37,466 nt of DNA from Pseudomonadota bacterium (GTDB taxonomy: Bacteria > Bdellovibrionota_G > JALEGL01 > DATDPG01): positions 1-37,466 of the forward strand of contig JAZDIZ010000170.1 in assembly GCA_043804515.1 (NCBI GenBank). The letters run 5' to 3'. The first letter of the stretch is position 1, and each line of letters opens with the position of its first letter. This document shows, in pieces, positions 9,671 through 18,533 of this stretch. Below the pieces are notes generated by a model. The model saw nothing but the letters and a program-made list of their open reading frames with translations. It did not search any database and was not told the origin of the DNA. A program made the translations under genes and the position numbers.

Positions 9671-11116
9671 ATGTCAAAACGACTCTTTTGTTCCGTTCTC
9701 TTGAGCGTAGGACTGGCCCTGCCTTCCCTTACGTTCGCCCAGGACCGCCATCGCGACGGCGGGGGGCGCGACCAGGTGAAGCCAAGCGCACCCACAGGCC
9801 ATGTCCAACCGAGCCGCGGGTCGGGCGGGTACAAGGCCAATCCGGGGCGAGGGGCTGCGAAACCACCCGCATACCGCGCACCGACCGGGACCCGCCCACG
9901 TGAAGGTATTGGCTCTCCCAACCGAGGTTCCATGAGACCCGATCCGGGGCGAGGGGCTGCAAAACCACCCGCATACCGCGCACCGATTGGGACCCGCCCA
10001 CGTGAAGGTATTGGCTCTCCCAACGTAATCCGCGGAAGAGCTGGTTGGATTCGTGAGAGACCGGCCTCGCCGGTTCCGGGTCAGAACTTGGACCGCCGGC
10101 GTCGGGTCGCCGATCGCTTACCCGCAGGTCGTTTTCCGCTCCCTCAGGTTCGCCAACGAGACGACTCGCGTCGCGACCCTTCGGCCCGTCCCGGGACCGA
10201 CTGGCGCAAAAGTCCGGGAACTCGCCAGCCGACCTATTCCCCTCGCGTCCCGCAGTATCAGTATCCTCGTCGGTCCGCCGCCCCTATGCCGGTAGTCGGC
10301 ACCAGAGGAGGCTGGCAGCGCCGCGGGGGAGATCCAGGGACATACCGTGGCTTAAACGGATTCCACAGACGCGGCCCGGACGGAAGGGACCGGTTCTATT
10401 TTGGGCAAAGGTGGGGACACCGCGTACAGCACCGCCTCTATCCCCGGTATCGCGATTTCGCGCCGACCTTCTGCGGATACTATTATGACCACGGCTATTG
10501 GCCCCGGCACCGGTTCCGTTACGGCTGGGGTTGGATCCCTGCCTGGTGGTGGAATGGGTACGGCTATTACTATTCTCCGTACGGCTATTATCCCGATCCC
10601 ACGTATTGGCTGACGGATTACCTATTCATCTGGACGATATACTCATCGTATCCCCCGGCATACGACCAGCGGTACGAAGAGGGATACGCTCAGGGCTCTC
10701 GCGATGCGTGGATATCCCAGGAGGTGAAGGACCAAATCCGGAGCCAGGTCCGGGAGGAGATCGACCGGAATCGCACCGACGGCCAGGAGCCGCCTTCACT
10801 CGCCGACGCGCTCAACAACCCGAGGTACCTCTTTGTCGTGTCGGAGGAATTCAGCGCAACCCTTTTGAACGGATCCTCCGAGGGGGAGACTTGTTCGCTG
10901 TCGGAAGGGGACGTTCTCAAAGTCGTGCAGCCTCCTGGGCAGGATGAAGACGTCGCGCGGATGACGGTGGTGACTTCGAAGAGAAACCGTTGCCCGGCGG
11001 GCTCGGAGGTTTTGGTCTCGCTGGATTATCTGCAGAACTTCCTGAACCACGCCTCGGAAGGACTTGAAAGCGGATTTCAGCGACTGGAGAAGGACCAGAC
11101 ACAACTCGGGCAGTAG
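9671..11116 (+). CDS. Secreted protein with Arg/Gly/Pro-rich and Tyr/Trp-rich low-complexity regions and a C-terminal Cys-pair domain
   Basis: Signal peptide ending TFA-Q; composition; C-terminal CSLSEGDVL...SKRNRCPAG. Confidence 0.75.
   Translation: MSKRLFCSVLLSVGLALPSLTFAQDRHRDGGGRDQVKPSAPTGHVQPSRGSGGYKANPGRGAAKPPAYRAPTGTRPREGIGSPNRGSMRPDPGRGAAKPPAYRAPIGTRPREGIGSPNVIRGRAGWIRERPASPVPGQNLDRRRRVADRLPAGRFPLPQVRQRDDSRRDPSARPGTDWRKSPGTRQPTYSPRVPQYQYPRRSAAPMPVVGTRGGWQRRGGDPGTYRGLNGFHRRGPDGRDRFYFGQRWGHRVQHRLYPRYRDFAPTFCGYYYDHGYWPRHRFRYGWGWIPAWWWNGYGYYYSPYGYYPDPTYWLTDYLFIWTIYSSYPPAYDQRYEEGYAQGSRDAWISQEVKDQIRSQVREEIDRNRTDGQEPPSLADALNNPRYLFVVSEEFSATLLNGSSEGETCSLSEGDVLKVVQPPGQDEDVARMTVVTSKRNRCPAGSEVLVSLDYLQNFLNHASEGLESGFQRLEKDQTQLGQ
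9840..10024 (+). repeat. Intragenic direct repeat, 2 x 83 bp, period 102 bp
   Basis: 9840-9922 vs 9942-10024 differ at 3 positions; encodes PGRGAAKPPAYRAP(T/I)GTRPREGIGSPN twice. Confidence 0.95.
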
Positions 11117-11180
11117 TTGAGAGTCCGCCCACCGGCCCGGGCGGCCGCGGAGAACCGTGCGCGCCGGCATCGATCTGGCT

Positions 11181-11279
11181 AATTGGGGACACGTACCAAT
11201 TAGAGAATTGTCAGTGAAATTGAACTCATAACCAACCGGAACCTCTTTGGACTGAACAATTCGTACGTGTCCCCAATTT
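11181..11279. repeat. GGGAC element, variant A inverted doublet
   Basis: AATTGGGGACACGTACCAATT at 11181-11201; AATTCGTACGTGTCCCCAATTT at 11258-11279. Confidence 0.92.
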
Positions 11280-11362
11280 CGAGGAACGAGAAAACCTTGC
11301 GGCCTTTCAAGCCAAAGGCCAAACTTGATCTCTACAGGATTCCTATCGGAGGGCGGATAAGC

Positions 11363-12601
11363 ATGCATAAGAACAGCTGCATTTTTCGAAACGGGTTCAT
11401 GGCTGCACTGATGGTTGCTTTCGTGACCACTTGTGGGGGCGGGGACAATGCCGGATTCGGGAGTCAGCGTGCGCCGGACCTCACAAGCGCCGTCGCGAGC
11501 AGCATTCCGTCGGCGATGAAAACGGGCGGCCTAATCAATGCCAGCCGTTTGGCGCCGCGATCCCTGCTCGATGTACCCATCGGCAGCGACACCGATGCTC
11601 CGCCTCCTTCGTCGGGCAATATCCTCTGGCTCGTATGGAATATGGATTACAACGGCTATTGCACCACGGACAAACTCACATCCGGCGAGTGCTTCCGCGT
11701 GCGCCCCTCCACCTATCCGAGTTCGGGGGATACCTGGAATGCCTATTACCGGCCCGCGGCGCTGACGGATCCCACAATCTGCACGACGGACGGCAACTAC
11801 GACAGCATTATCGGGACATCGATTGTGTCGCAGGCCTGCCGCTTCGACTACAACGTGGCCAGCCAGGGAGAGGACGTGGACAAGTGTTACGACTCGACGG
11901 GGCAGGACGTGGACATGACCACGTACATCCCCTGGGCCTCCGACTGGAGCCTTCCGACGACGGCCAAGCTTCAGGGTTCCATCGGCAACTCGACCTGGGC
12001 GATGTGGTTCGGGTTGAACCGCGACGTGACGGGAGCCGACGGCCAAGTCATGGTGACGTTGAGCAACCAAGATACGATGGGTAGTCGCCTGACCGTCGTG
12101 GACCTGGACCGCGTGAAAAACCACATCTTCTACTTTGACATCGGCGGAAAAGCCACGGGCGTGCAGGGTTTTTCGGCGTATCTGGGCGACCTTCCGACCA
12201 GCGGGAATCAGAGCGCGGGCGCGTTCGAGGCGCTTCAGGTCCTGGATTACAACGGAGAGGGAAGCTTTGGGCATGAAAAATTCACAATCCGGATGAAATC
12301 GGATGGGACCTACGTGTGGATCCAGTCCTGGCAACTGATTCCGGGGGACTATGGTTTCGAGCCCAACTCCAGCAACGACGAGTGCCTCAAGTTTGGGGCA
12401 ACGTTGCCGGAGAGCACCTATGTCGAGCCGTCGGAATGTCTGACTGCGTTCGGCAAATCAACGGCCGAAATGGACGCCGACGACAATTTCACGCTCAAAC
12501 TGGGGGTAGCCGGTTTCGACCAGAGCAACTGGTTCGGCAAAGGTCCGGAACTCTACGATCCGGACGTGAACCCTCCGGCGCCTCTCGGACAATGTTACTG
12601 A
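11363..12601 (+). CDS. Hypothetical Cys-rich lipoprotein
   Basis: GGAGGG RBS at about 11348; lipobox FVTTC-GGG; several paired Cys. Start could be 11399. Confidence 0.78.
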   Translation: MHKNSCIFRNGFMAALMVAFVTTCGGGDNAGFGSQRAPDLTSAVASSIPSAMKTGGLINASRLAPRSLLDVPIGSDTDAPPPSSGNILWLVWNMDYNGYCTTDKLTSGECFRVRPSTYPSSGDTWNAYYRPAALTDPTICTTDGNYDSIIGTSIVSQACRFDYNVASQGEDVDKCYDSTGQDVDMTTYIPWASDWSLPTTAKLQGSIGNSTWAMWFGLNRDVTGADGQVMVTLSNQDTMGSRLTVVDLDRVKNHIFYFDIGGKATGVQGFSAYLGDLPTSGNQSAGAFEALQVLDYNGEGSFGHEKFTIRMKSDGTYVWIQSWQLIPGDYGFEPNSSNDECLKFGATLPESTYVEPSECLTAFGKSTAEMDADDNFTLKLGVAGFDQSNWFGKGPELYDPDVNPPAPLGQCY

Positions 12602-12637
12602 CACCCGTTCCCGCTGGAGGGCCCCGTAGGCCGGACT

Positions 12638-12760
12638 AATTGGGGACACGTACCTTTAGTCAACAAGGGACACGTATAAGTTAGGAAATTGCCAATAATA
12701 TTCGGCTCATGGCCAAGCTGAATCTCTTAGGCCTACGAAATTCGTACGTGTCCCCAATTT
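12638..12760. repeat. GGGAC element, variant A inverted doublet with an internal partial copy
   Basis: AATTGGGGACACGTACC at 12638-12654, GGGACACGTA at 12667-12676, AATTCGTACGTGTCCCCAATTT at 12739-12760. Confidence 0.92.
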
Positions 12761-12782
12761 CCCCGGAGCGAACGTACCGTTT

Positions 12783-13283
12783 TCAGGCTCCCTGCTCGGA
12801 CAATCGTAATGTTTCCACGGCCCGGTCGAAATCGGCGTCTTTGACTTGAAGCGTGTGCACGCCCAGCAGGCTGTTTGAGGACGGCGCCACGCGGTTCTGA
12901 ATCCCGGCCTTCGATAGAACAGCGGCCGCTGTTCGCAGGTCGGGAGACGAGCGGCCCGAACGCCGGACACCCGACGTCACGGGGTCGGCCATCACGTCCC
13001 TCCATTCTTCCTCAACCGCTGCCTCGCCCTCCGGCGGCGTCGGTTCCGGCTGCAGGGGCTTGGGCTCGGTCGCCGCAAGCGCGAGGCGCTCGAGCTCATC
13101 ATCAGGGACGGGCTCGAGTTCGACCTCCTCGCCGTCGATCACGACCTTCACCCGATCCTGCGGCATGTCGGTCTTCGGAGCCGTGGACGCCGGCTTCGCC
13201 GATTTTCCCCACGACAGGATGCGGGTGGCGAGCAGCACCACGCCCACAAGCCCCAAAACCACCAGCCATTGCATACCGGTCAT
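12783..13283 (-). CDS. Membrane-anchored hypothetical protein, C-terminus resembling DUF2007
   Basis: N-terminal TM helix, acidic linker, AAAVLSKAGI...LQVKDADFDRAVETL; ATGA overlap with the upstream gene. Confidence 0.65.
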   Translation of the reverse strand: MTGMQWLVVLGLVGVVLLATRILSWGKSAKPASTAPKTDMPQDRVKVVIDGEEVELEPVPDDELERLALAATEPKPLQPEPTPPEGEAAVEEEWRDVMADPVTSGVRRSGRSSPDLRTAAAVLSKAGIQNRVAPSSNSLLGVHTLQVKDADFDRAVETLRLSEQGA

Positions 13284-15595
13284 AGTTGAACCCTCATATT
13301 ACTTTCGTTGGTGCCCTGCTCAAGATGTGGAGTCGCCTGGCAGAGGTCCGGAGCTTCCTCCGTCCGGGCGAGCCACTCAAGCGCGCGGTCTATTTGCGGC
13401 GCGAGCCACTCCCGTTTGCGCGGCAAAGGGGCCTCCGAGCGGTCGCCCTGCACGACCGGGCCGGGTCGATCCAGCCACTTAAGCGGCCAGATGATCGCAA
13501 TGACCACGGCCGTGAGAGGCGTGGCCAGCCGCACCATCCAGTGCTCTACCCGCGTCCCCGTCCCGCCGTAGATCGGAACCGCGCCCGCCAAGCGCGACAT
13601 GGAGTGGCGGGCGAGAAAACGGCCCAGCCAGGGCCTTCGATGGTAGAACTGAAATGGAAACGCAAGCGTTCCGAAGAACGGGATCGGGCTGAGGACAAAC
13701 GCCACGGCGTACGATGTTTTCCGGTCCTCCCGCCGCAGCCACCGGTACGTCGTGATCAACAAACGGAAAACCCCCGTATTGTCAAAGAGGATGTAGCCGA
13801 GCGGATTCCAAGGGGAAGTCACCAAGATGCCGACTCCTACCGCCCTAATGAGCTGTGTAATAGGTTCAAAAAACTTCACGGCCAGGTGAGTGCCGAAACC
13901 CCGAGCATACTCCGGCGCCTCGCCGCCCTTGATATCTCCGATCAGAGCCTCGCCGCCGGCCTCGTCGAGACGCCCGAGGCCGCTCCAGCGATGCGTGGCG
14001 TGTTCCACGAACGAATATGCCAGATGCTCCTGAATTCTCTCCGAAAAGAGGGCGAGGACGGCGACCTGGATCGCCGTGCCGAGCTCGCGCCAATCAGCCA
14101 GATAACGATGGATCCGGGCCGGAAAAATCCTGGCCGCCGTGTCCTGAACCGCGAAAGCGAACAGCGATTTAATGCCTCCTGTCAGGCGGTCAATGCCCAC
14201 GGCGGGGATCCGCCTCTCCCGAAGGAAGACGTTGGCGCGGCGAGCCTGGTACGCCCGCAATTCGGCGTCGAGAATACCTGGGTTGAGCAGCGCACGGGCA
14301 ACCCGGGCACGGAATTGTCGATGTCCGGCCAGGCGCAGGAACAGATTCGCAAGGCTCGCCGGAAACAACGTGAGGAGGGCGCTCCATAATCCGCCTCCGA
14401 CAGTGATTCCGGCGAGCACACCGACAAGGAGCGCACTCCAAAATCGGATTCCGGTGGTGGCTCCGGCGAGCACACCGAGGAGTTTTCCGGCCACCGTGCG
14501 CACGGGTGCAACTACGGCGATGCCGGCCGAAAGCGCCACGCAGAACGCGGCGATGGCCACGAGACCCGCAACGAACGCCGTGCCCAGAATCAGCGGGTGG
14601 AGAAAGAGAAGCCTCGAGCCGCGCAACCGTTCCGCCGCGGCGGCGTCCAAACGGTCTTCCGCGAGCCACCGGTCGGCAAGGGAGGAGCGGATCGTGGACC
14701 TAAGGTCCCGGTCGGTAAGAAGCCGCGTGCGATGGCGGCCGGGTGCGGGCTCGGTCTTTTTCCAAAGGCGGGAATGATGAACGAGCCTCTCGGCGGAGGA
14801 CTCGAGCGCCGCCATTTCATTGTCTCCCAGTTTCTCTCGAAGCCGGTCCCGATGCGTATGGAGATAGGTCGTGAGCCGCTGCTCGTCCACGTCATCGAAC
14901 ATGGGGAACGGCTTCCCGGTCAGCGACATGAAGAGGTAACGTGGTGCCAACACGGCGGGAATTCCGGATTCGAGATCGACGAGGACGAATTCTCTCCCCT
15001 GCGTTCGGAGAAGGTTCGCCGTGGATACGAGAGCCGCGGTGGCCACCTGCCAACCGCTTCCGATCAGGCCGGAACGGAGAAGGCACTTCTCCATCGCCTT
15101 CATCTGCCGGAGAAGGCCTCGCATCTCCCCGGGTTCGCCGCCTCCTTCGGGCCCTCCGCGGGGCTTCGGGGGAGCGACGGGGCGCCCCTGGATCCACTCG
15201 GTCCCGAGGACCCAATGGCCTCCGGCGCATTGGCGGACGTACAGAGCCTTGGCGACACGGCATCGCTCCTCGGCTTCGAGCAGGGCCTCTGCCACGTGCC
15301 GCCGGTACAGGCAAGCGAGCGCCGCATCCCGGTTCACGCCGTACGGGAAGGGAGCCCCGAAAAATGCTTTGTAAATTCCTCGCGTCAGACCTGCGGGGAC
15401 GAAGTGTTTCTCCACGACCTTCCGGCGGCCCTCCGGCGTGTGGAGCTCTACAAGGACGGCGTTGGCGGCGCGCCCGCGCCCGAGAATTTTGAGCCGGGTG
15501 ACCAAGCCGCGTCCCGAGCGACCCAAACCGAAATCCAGTGTGGTCTCCTCGACACGCGGTGAACCTGCGAATGAAAAAACGCCCTGTTCCGGCAT
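13280..15595 (-). CDS. Membrane protein with an N-terminal degenerate protein-kinase-like domain
   Basis: LGRGRAA, VEK, EWIQG, ANLL and VDLE occur in kinase-motif order, followed by several TM segments. Confidence 0.6.
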   Translation of the reverse strand: MPEQGVFSFAGSPRVEETTLDFGLGRSGRGLVTRLKILGRGRAANAVLVELHTPEGRRKVVEKHFVPAGLTRGIYKAFFGAPFPYGVNRDAALACLYRRHVAEALLEAEERCRVAKALYVRQCAGGHWVLGTEWIQGRPVAPPKPRGGPEGGGEPGEMRGLLRQMKAMEKCLLRSGLIGSGWQVATAALVSTANLLRTQGREFVLVDLESGIPAVLAPRYLFMSLTGKPFPMFDDVDEQRLTTYLHTHRDRLREKLGDNEMAALESSAERLVHHSRLWKKTEPAPGRHRTRLLTDRDLRSTIRSSLADRWLAEDRLDAAAAERLRGSRLLFLHPLILGTAFVAGLVAIAAFCVALSAGIAVVAPVRTVAGKLLGVLAGATTGIRFWSALLVGVLAGITVGGGLWSALLTLFPASLANLFLRLAGHRQFRARVARALLNPGILDAELRAYQARRANVFLRERRIPAVGIDRLTGGIKSLFAFAVQDTAARIFPARIHRYLADWRELGTAIQVAVLALFSERIQEHLAYSFVEHATHRWSGLGRLDEAGGEALIGDIKGGEAPEYARGFGTHLAVKFFEPITQLIRAVGVGILVTSPWNPLGYILFDNTGVFRLLITTYRWLRREDRKTSYAVAFVLSPIPFFGTLAFPFQFYHRRPWLGRFLARHSMSRLAGAVPIYGGTGTRVEHWMVRLATPLTAVVIAIIWPLKWLDRPGPVVQGDRSEAPLPRKREWLAPQIDRALEWLARTEEAPDLCQATPHLEQGTNESNMRVQL

Positions 15596-15629
15596 TTCGC
15601 AATCTTACTCGATTCCCTCATGCCTTCCA

Positions 15630-15754
15630 GCCTTCGCTGAGTGAAACGAGGCGAAGGCGGATCTCGCCGAAGGCTTTGCGAAGGCGGACGCCTTCTTTTT
15701 AAACTGGAGCTTCGGCTTGGCAAGCCAGCCTGTCACGACTTTAGCGAAGGCGGA
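15630..15754. repeat. Palindromic intergenic repeat cluster (GCGAAGGCGGA x3)
   Basis: Copies at 15651-15661, 15678-15688 and 15744-15754; GCCTTCGC at 15630-15637 pairs with 15651-15658. Confidence 0.75.
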
Positions 15755-15867
15755 CTCAGCGCATGACTGAGTGAAAGGAATCCAAGATGGAGGGTTCCCC
15801 CCGCGATTGGCCTCGACGGAAGGGCGAGGCCGGGTATAAAACTTCACCAATGCAAAGGGAGGTTCCA

Positions 15868-16557
15868 ATGAGACGCTTCCGTTGGGTCTCAACTTTATGT
15901 TTTGGTTTGTCGGTCGTTCTGGCCCGGCCCTTTTTGGTCGGCGCCGACCCGGTTTGGCTGGGCAAATCTCCCGTCGACATCCAACACTTCCTTGCGCCGC
16001 CTCCGGCGCTGGGTTCACCGGCCGATCGGGCTGATCTGGATAGAATTCTCCGATATCAGGTGTCCCGCACCGAAAAAGAATGCGAACGGGCGCGATCCGA
16101 GGTCTCCAGCTCGCTCAAGACTTTCTTCGGGCCCCCGTATGGACCGCTGACGTCGGAAGAGGTCACGAAGTGGGCTCCATTCTTCGAGAAGATTCATGAG
16201 GACGAGAGCGCTGTTGTCCGGCTTATGAAGGCGCGCTGGAACCGGCCCAGGCCGTACGAGGAGGACCCGAAGATCGCCCCCTGTGTCCCAAGAGCAATCA
16301 ACAGAGCATATCCGAGCGGCCATACGACGCTGGCGCGCGTGTTCGCGAAAGTGCTTTCCCGACTGAAGCCCGAACAGGCAATAGCCTTTGAGGACCGTGC
16401 GGATCAAATCGCGGAAGATCGAATTTTGGGGGGCGTGCATTACCCCACGGATATTCAGGCCGGCAAGAGGCTTGGAGATGAAATCGCCCGACTTCTGCTC
16501 TCCGATGCGGCCTTCCAAAAGGAGCTGGCCGGTCTCAAGGCGCAACGCAACCAATAG
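15868..16557 (+). CDS. PAP2 / class A acid phosphatase, exported
   Basis: K-x6-RP (KARWNRPRP), YPSGH and RILGGVHYPTD motifs; GGGAGG RBS; signal peptide. Confidence 0.92.
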   Translation: MRRFRWVSTLCFGLSVVLARPFLVGADPVWLGKSPVDIQHFLAPPPALGSPADRADLDRILRYQVSRTEKECERARSEVSSSLKTFFGPPYGPLTSEEVTKWAPFFEKIHEDESAVVRLMKARWNRPRPYEEDPKIAPCVPRAINRAYPSGHTTLARVFAKVLSRLKPEQAIAFEDRADQIAEDRILGGVHYPTDIQAGKRLGDEIARLLLSDAAFQKELAGLKAQRNQ

Positions 16558-16563
16558 AGGAGA

Positions 16564-17853
16564 ATGGAAATGATGATTAGATTGAGGGCTTGGGTCTTCA
16601 TCGCGCGCGCGATTCTATTTCCGGTTTTTCTGGCGTCGTCGGTCCTGGCGCAACAGCCGGCGGTGCTGCCGGTAGAGTTGGCTCTAAGCGTACCCTTTCA
16701 AACGGAGACGTACCTTCAGGTACAGGGAGTCCGCTCGACGCAACAGGTCTGGCTGAACATGATCAACGGGGCGCAGAGCACGATCGACCTCGAACAATTC
16801 TACATCACGAGCGAGGAGGGAAAGACCGCTTCGCCCGTCCAAAAACTCGCCCAAGACCAGGTTCTCAAGGACAAAATCGGCCTGAAGCCCGTCCTGGACG
16901 CTATCCGCCTCAAGGCGGCGGCGGGAATTCCCGTCCGTTTTCTGATCGATTTGACGTTCTACAAGAAATTTTATCGCGACGAGGCCGACGAACTCAGCAC
17001 GCACGAGAACATTCAGGTCCGGACCATTGATTTCAAGCCGGGCGTTCAACACGCGAAGTTCTTCGTCGTGGACGGGAAAAACGCATTTGTCGGCAGCGCC
17101 AATTTCGACTGGCTGGCGCTCACTCACATCCACGAGGTGGGCATACGCGTTTCCGACAGCGTGCTCGGCGGGCAACTGGAAAAGGTGTTCGAAAAGGACT
17201 GGGCTGCAGGCGTCTCCTTGAAGCCCGACGCAACCTCATCTCCTTCCACGCGCAAGCGGACCGATTCCGTGACGGGCGCGTCCGATTTCCTGTTGGCGGC
17301 CTCCCCCGCCTCTTTGAATCCGGAGGGGATTCCTGCCTCGCTGGATGCCATCAAGAGCCTTCTTTCCCACGCAAAGGGCTCCCTCAAAATCCAGGTGTAC
17401 CAGTACAACACGAAGGCCAGCAGCGGGGGCGGCCCATGGACGGATCTGGATGACGCACTCCGAACGGCCGCCGCAAAAAAACCGGCGGTCCACGTCCAAT
17501 TGCTGGTGGACAATGTGGCGATGAATAAAGGGAGCCGGGAACTGAAGGCGCTCGCCGGCGTGCCCAACATCGAAGTCAGGACCGTCAAGATTCCGCTGTG
17601 GACGAAGGGCAAGCTGGATTACGCCCGACTGACCCACAGCAAGTATCTCGTAGCGGACGATGCCCTGCCTTCAGCCGCCGCTTGGGTGGGGACCGAGAAT
17701 TGGATCCAGAGCTATTTCACGGATACCCGCAACGTCGGCGTCACATTTTCCGCCGCCGACGAAACCCGGAAGAAATTGATCGGGCAGCTCAGCCGGATTT
17801 TCGATTCGGTCTGGAAAAGTCCCTACGCGAAGCCGTTGAAGGCCACGCAGTAG
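16564..17853 (+). CDS. Phospholipase D superfamily protein (two HKD motifs), exported
   Basis: HAKFFVVD...GSAN and HSKYLVAD...GTEN; signal peptide ending VLA-Q. Confidence 0.92.
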   Translation: MEMMIRLRAWVFIARAILFPVFLASSVLAQQPAVLPVELALSVPFQTETYLQVQGVRSTQQVWLNMINGAQSTIDLEQFYITSEEGKTASPVQKLAQDQVLKDKIGLKPVLDAIRLKAAAGIPVRFLIDLTFYKKFYRDEADELSTHENIQVRTIDFKPGVQHAKFFVVDGKNAFVGSANFDWLALTHIHEVGIRVSDSVLGGQLEKVFEKDWAAGVSLKPDATSSPSTRKRTDSVTGASDFLLAASPASLNPEGIPASLDAIKSLLSHAKGSLKIQVYQYNTKASSGGGPWTDLDDALRTAAAKKPAVHVQLLVDNVAMNKGSRELKALAGVPNIEVRTVKIPLWTKGKLDYARLTHSKYLVADDALPSAAAWVGTENWIQSYFTDTRNVGVTFSAADETRKKLIGQLSRIFDSVWKSPYAKPLKATQ

Positions 17854-17877
17854 GTTCGCCCGACCCGTCTACTGCGT
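17845..17877. terminator. Inverted repeat between the convergent PLD and rubrerythrin genes
   Basis: ACGCAGTAG at 17845-17853 and CTACTGCGT at 17869-17877; no U-tract. Confidence 0.3.
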
Positions 17878-18452
17878 TACCAATTCTCGGCCAGCGTCTC
17901 GAAATTGGCTTGAGGGTGGGCGCAGGCGGGACATGCCGCCGGGGCCTCGTCGCCCTCATGGATGTACCCGCAGTTACGGCATCGCCACACCGTTTTGTCG
18001 GTGCGTTTGAATACCGTCCCCTTCTCCACGTTCTTCAAAAGGCCGAGATACCGTTTCTCGTGTTGTTTTTCGGCCACCGAGATGAACTCAAAAAGCTTCG
18101 CGATGCCGCCGAATCCCTCCTCTTTGGCGACCCTCGAAAACTCGGGATAAAGCTCCGTCCATTCCTCGTGCTCTCCCCCGGCGGAGGCCCGGAGGTTTTC
18201 GGCCGTCGTCCCGATTTTTCCCGCCGGGAACGCGGCCGTGATCTCCGTCATCCCGCCTTCCAGGTACGAAAAGAACCGCTTGGCGTGTTCCTTCTCCTGG
18301 TTCGCCGTCTCCTCAAAGATGTCCGCGATTTGGACGTACCCTTCTTTTCGGGCCACGCCCGCGAAATACGTGTAGCGGTTACGCGCCTGCGATTCTCCCG
18401 CGAATGCTTTCAGAAGGTTCTTCTCGGTTTTCGTCCCTTTGATCGTCGGCAT
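17877..18452 (-). CDS. rbr: Rubrerythrin
   Basis: NLLKAFAGESQARNRY, EKEHAK and EKQHE di-iron motifs; C-terminal WRCRNCGY...CPACAH rubredoxin-like site. Confidence 0.97.
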   Translation of the reverse strand: MPTIKGTKTEKNLLKAFAGESQARNRYTYFAGVARKEGYVQIADIFEETANQEKEHAKRFFSYLEGGMTEITAAFPAGKIGTTAENLRASAGGEHEEWTELYPEFSRVAKEEGFGGIAKLFEFISVAEKQHEKRYLGLLKNVEKGTVFKRTDKTVWRCRNCGYIHEGDEAPAACPACAHPQANFETLAENW

Positions 18453-18533
18453 TGCTTTCTCCTTTTCCTGTGACGTTGTCGCTTTTCCATCTACCACCGG
18501 ATGGTCCCGGCGTCGAATGAAACACCGGGAAGT

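Noticed and set aside
9840..10024. Diversity-generating retroelement TR/VR pair (also considered for the 210-bp repeats at 24782-25606)
   Set aside because: Both copies are in frame within one gene, the differences are not adenine-specific, and there is no reverse transcriptase in the window.
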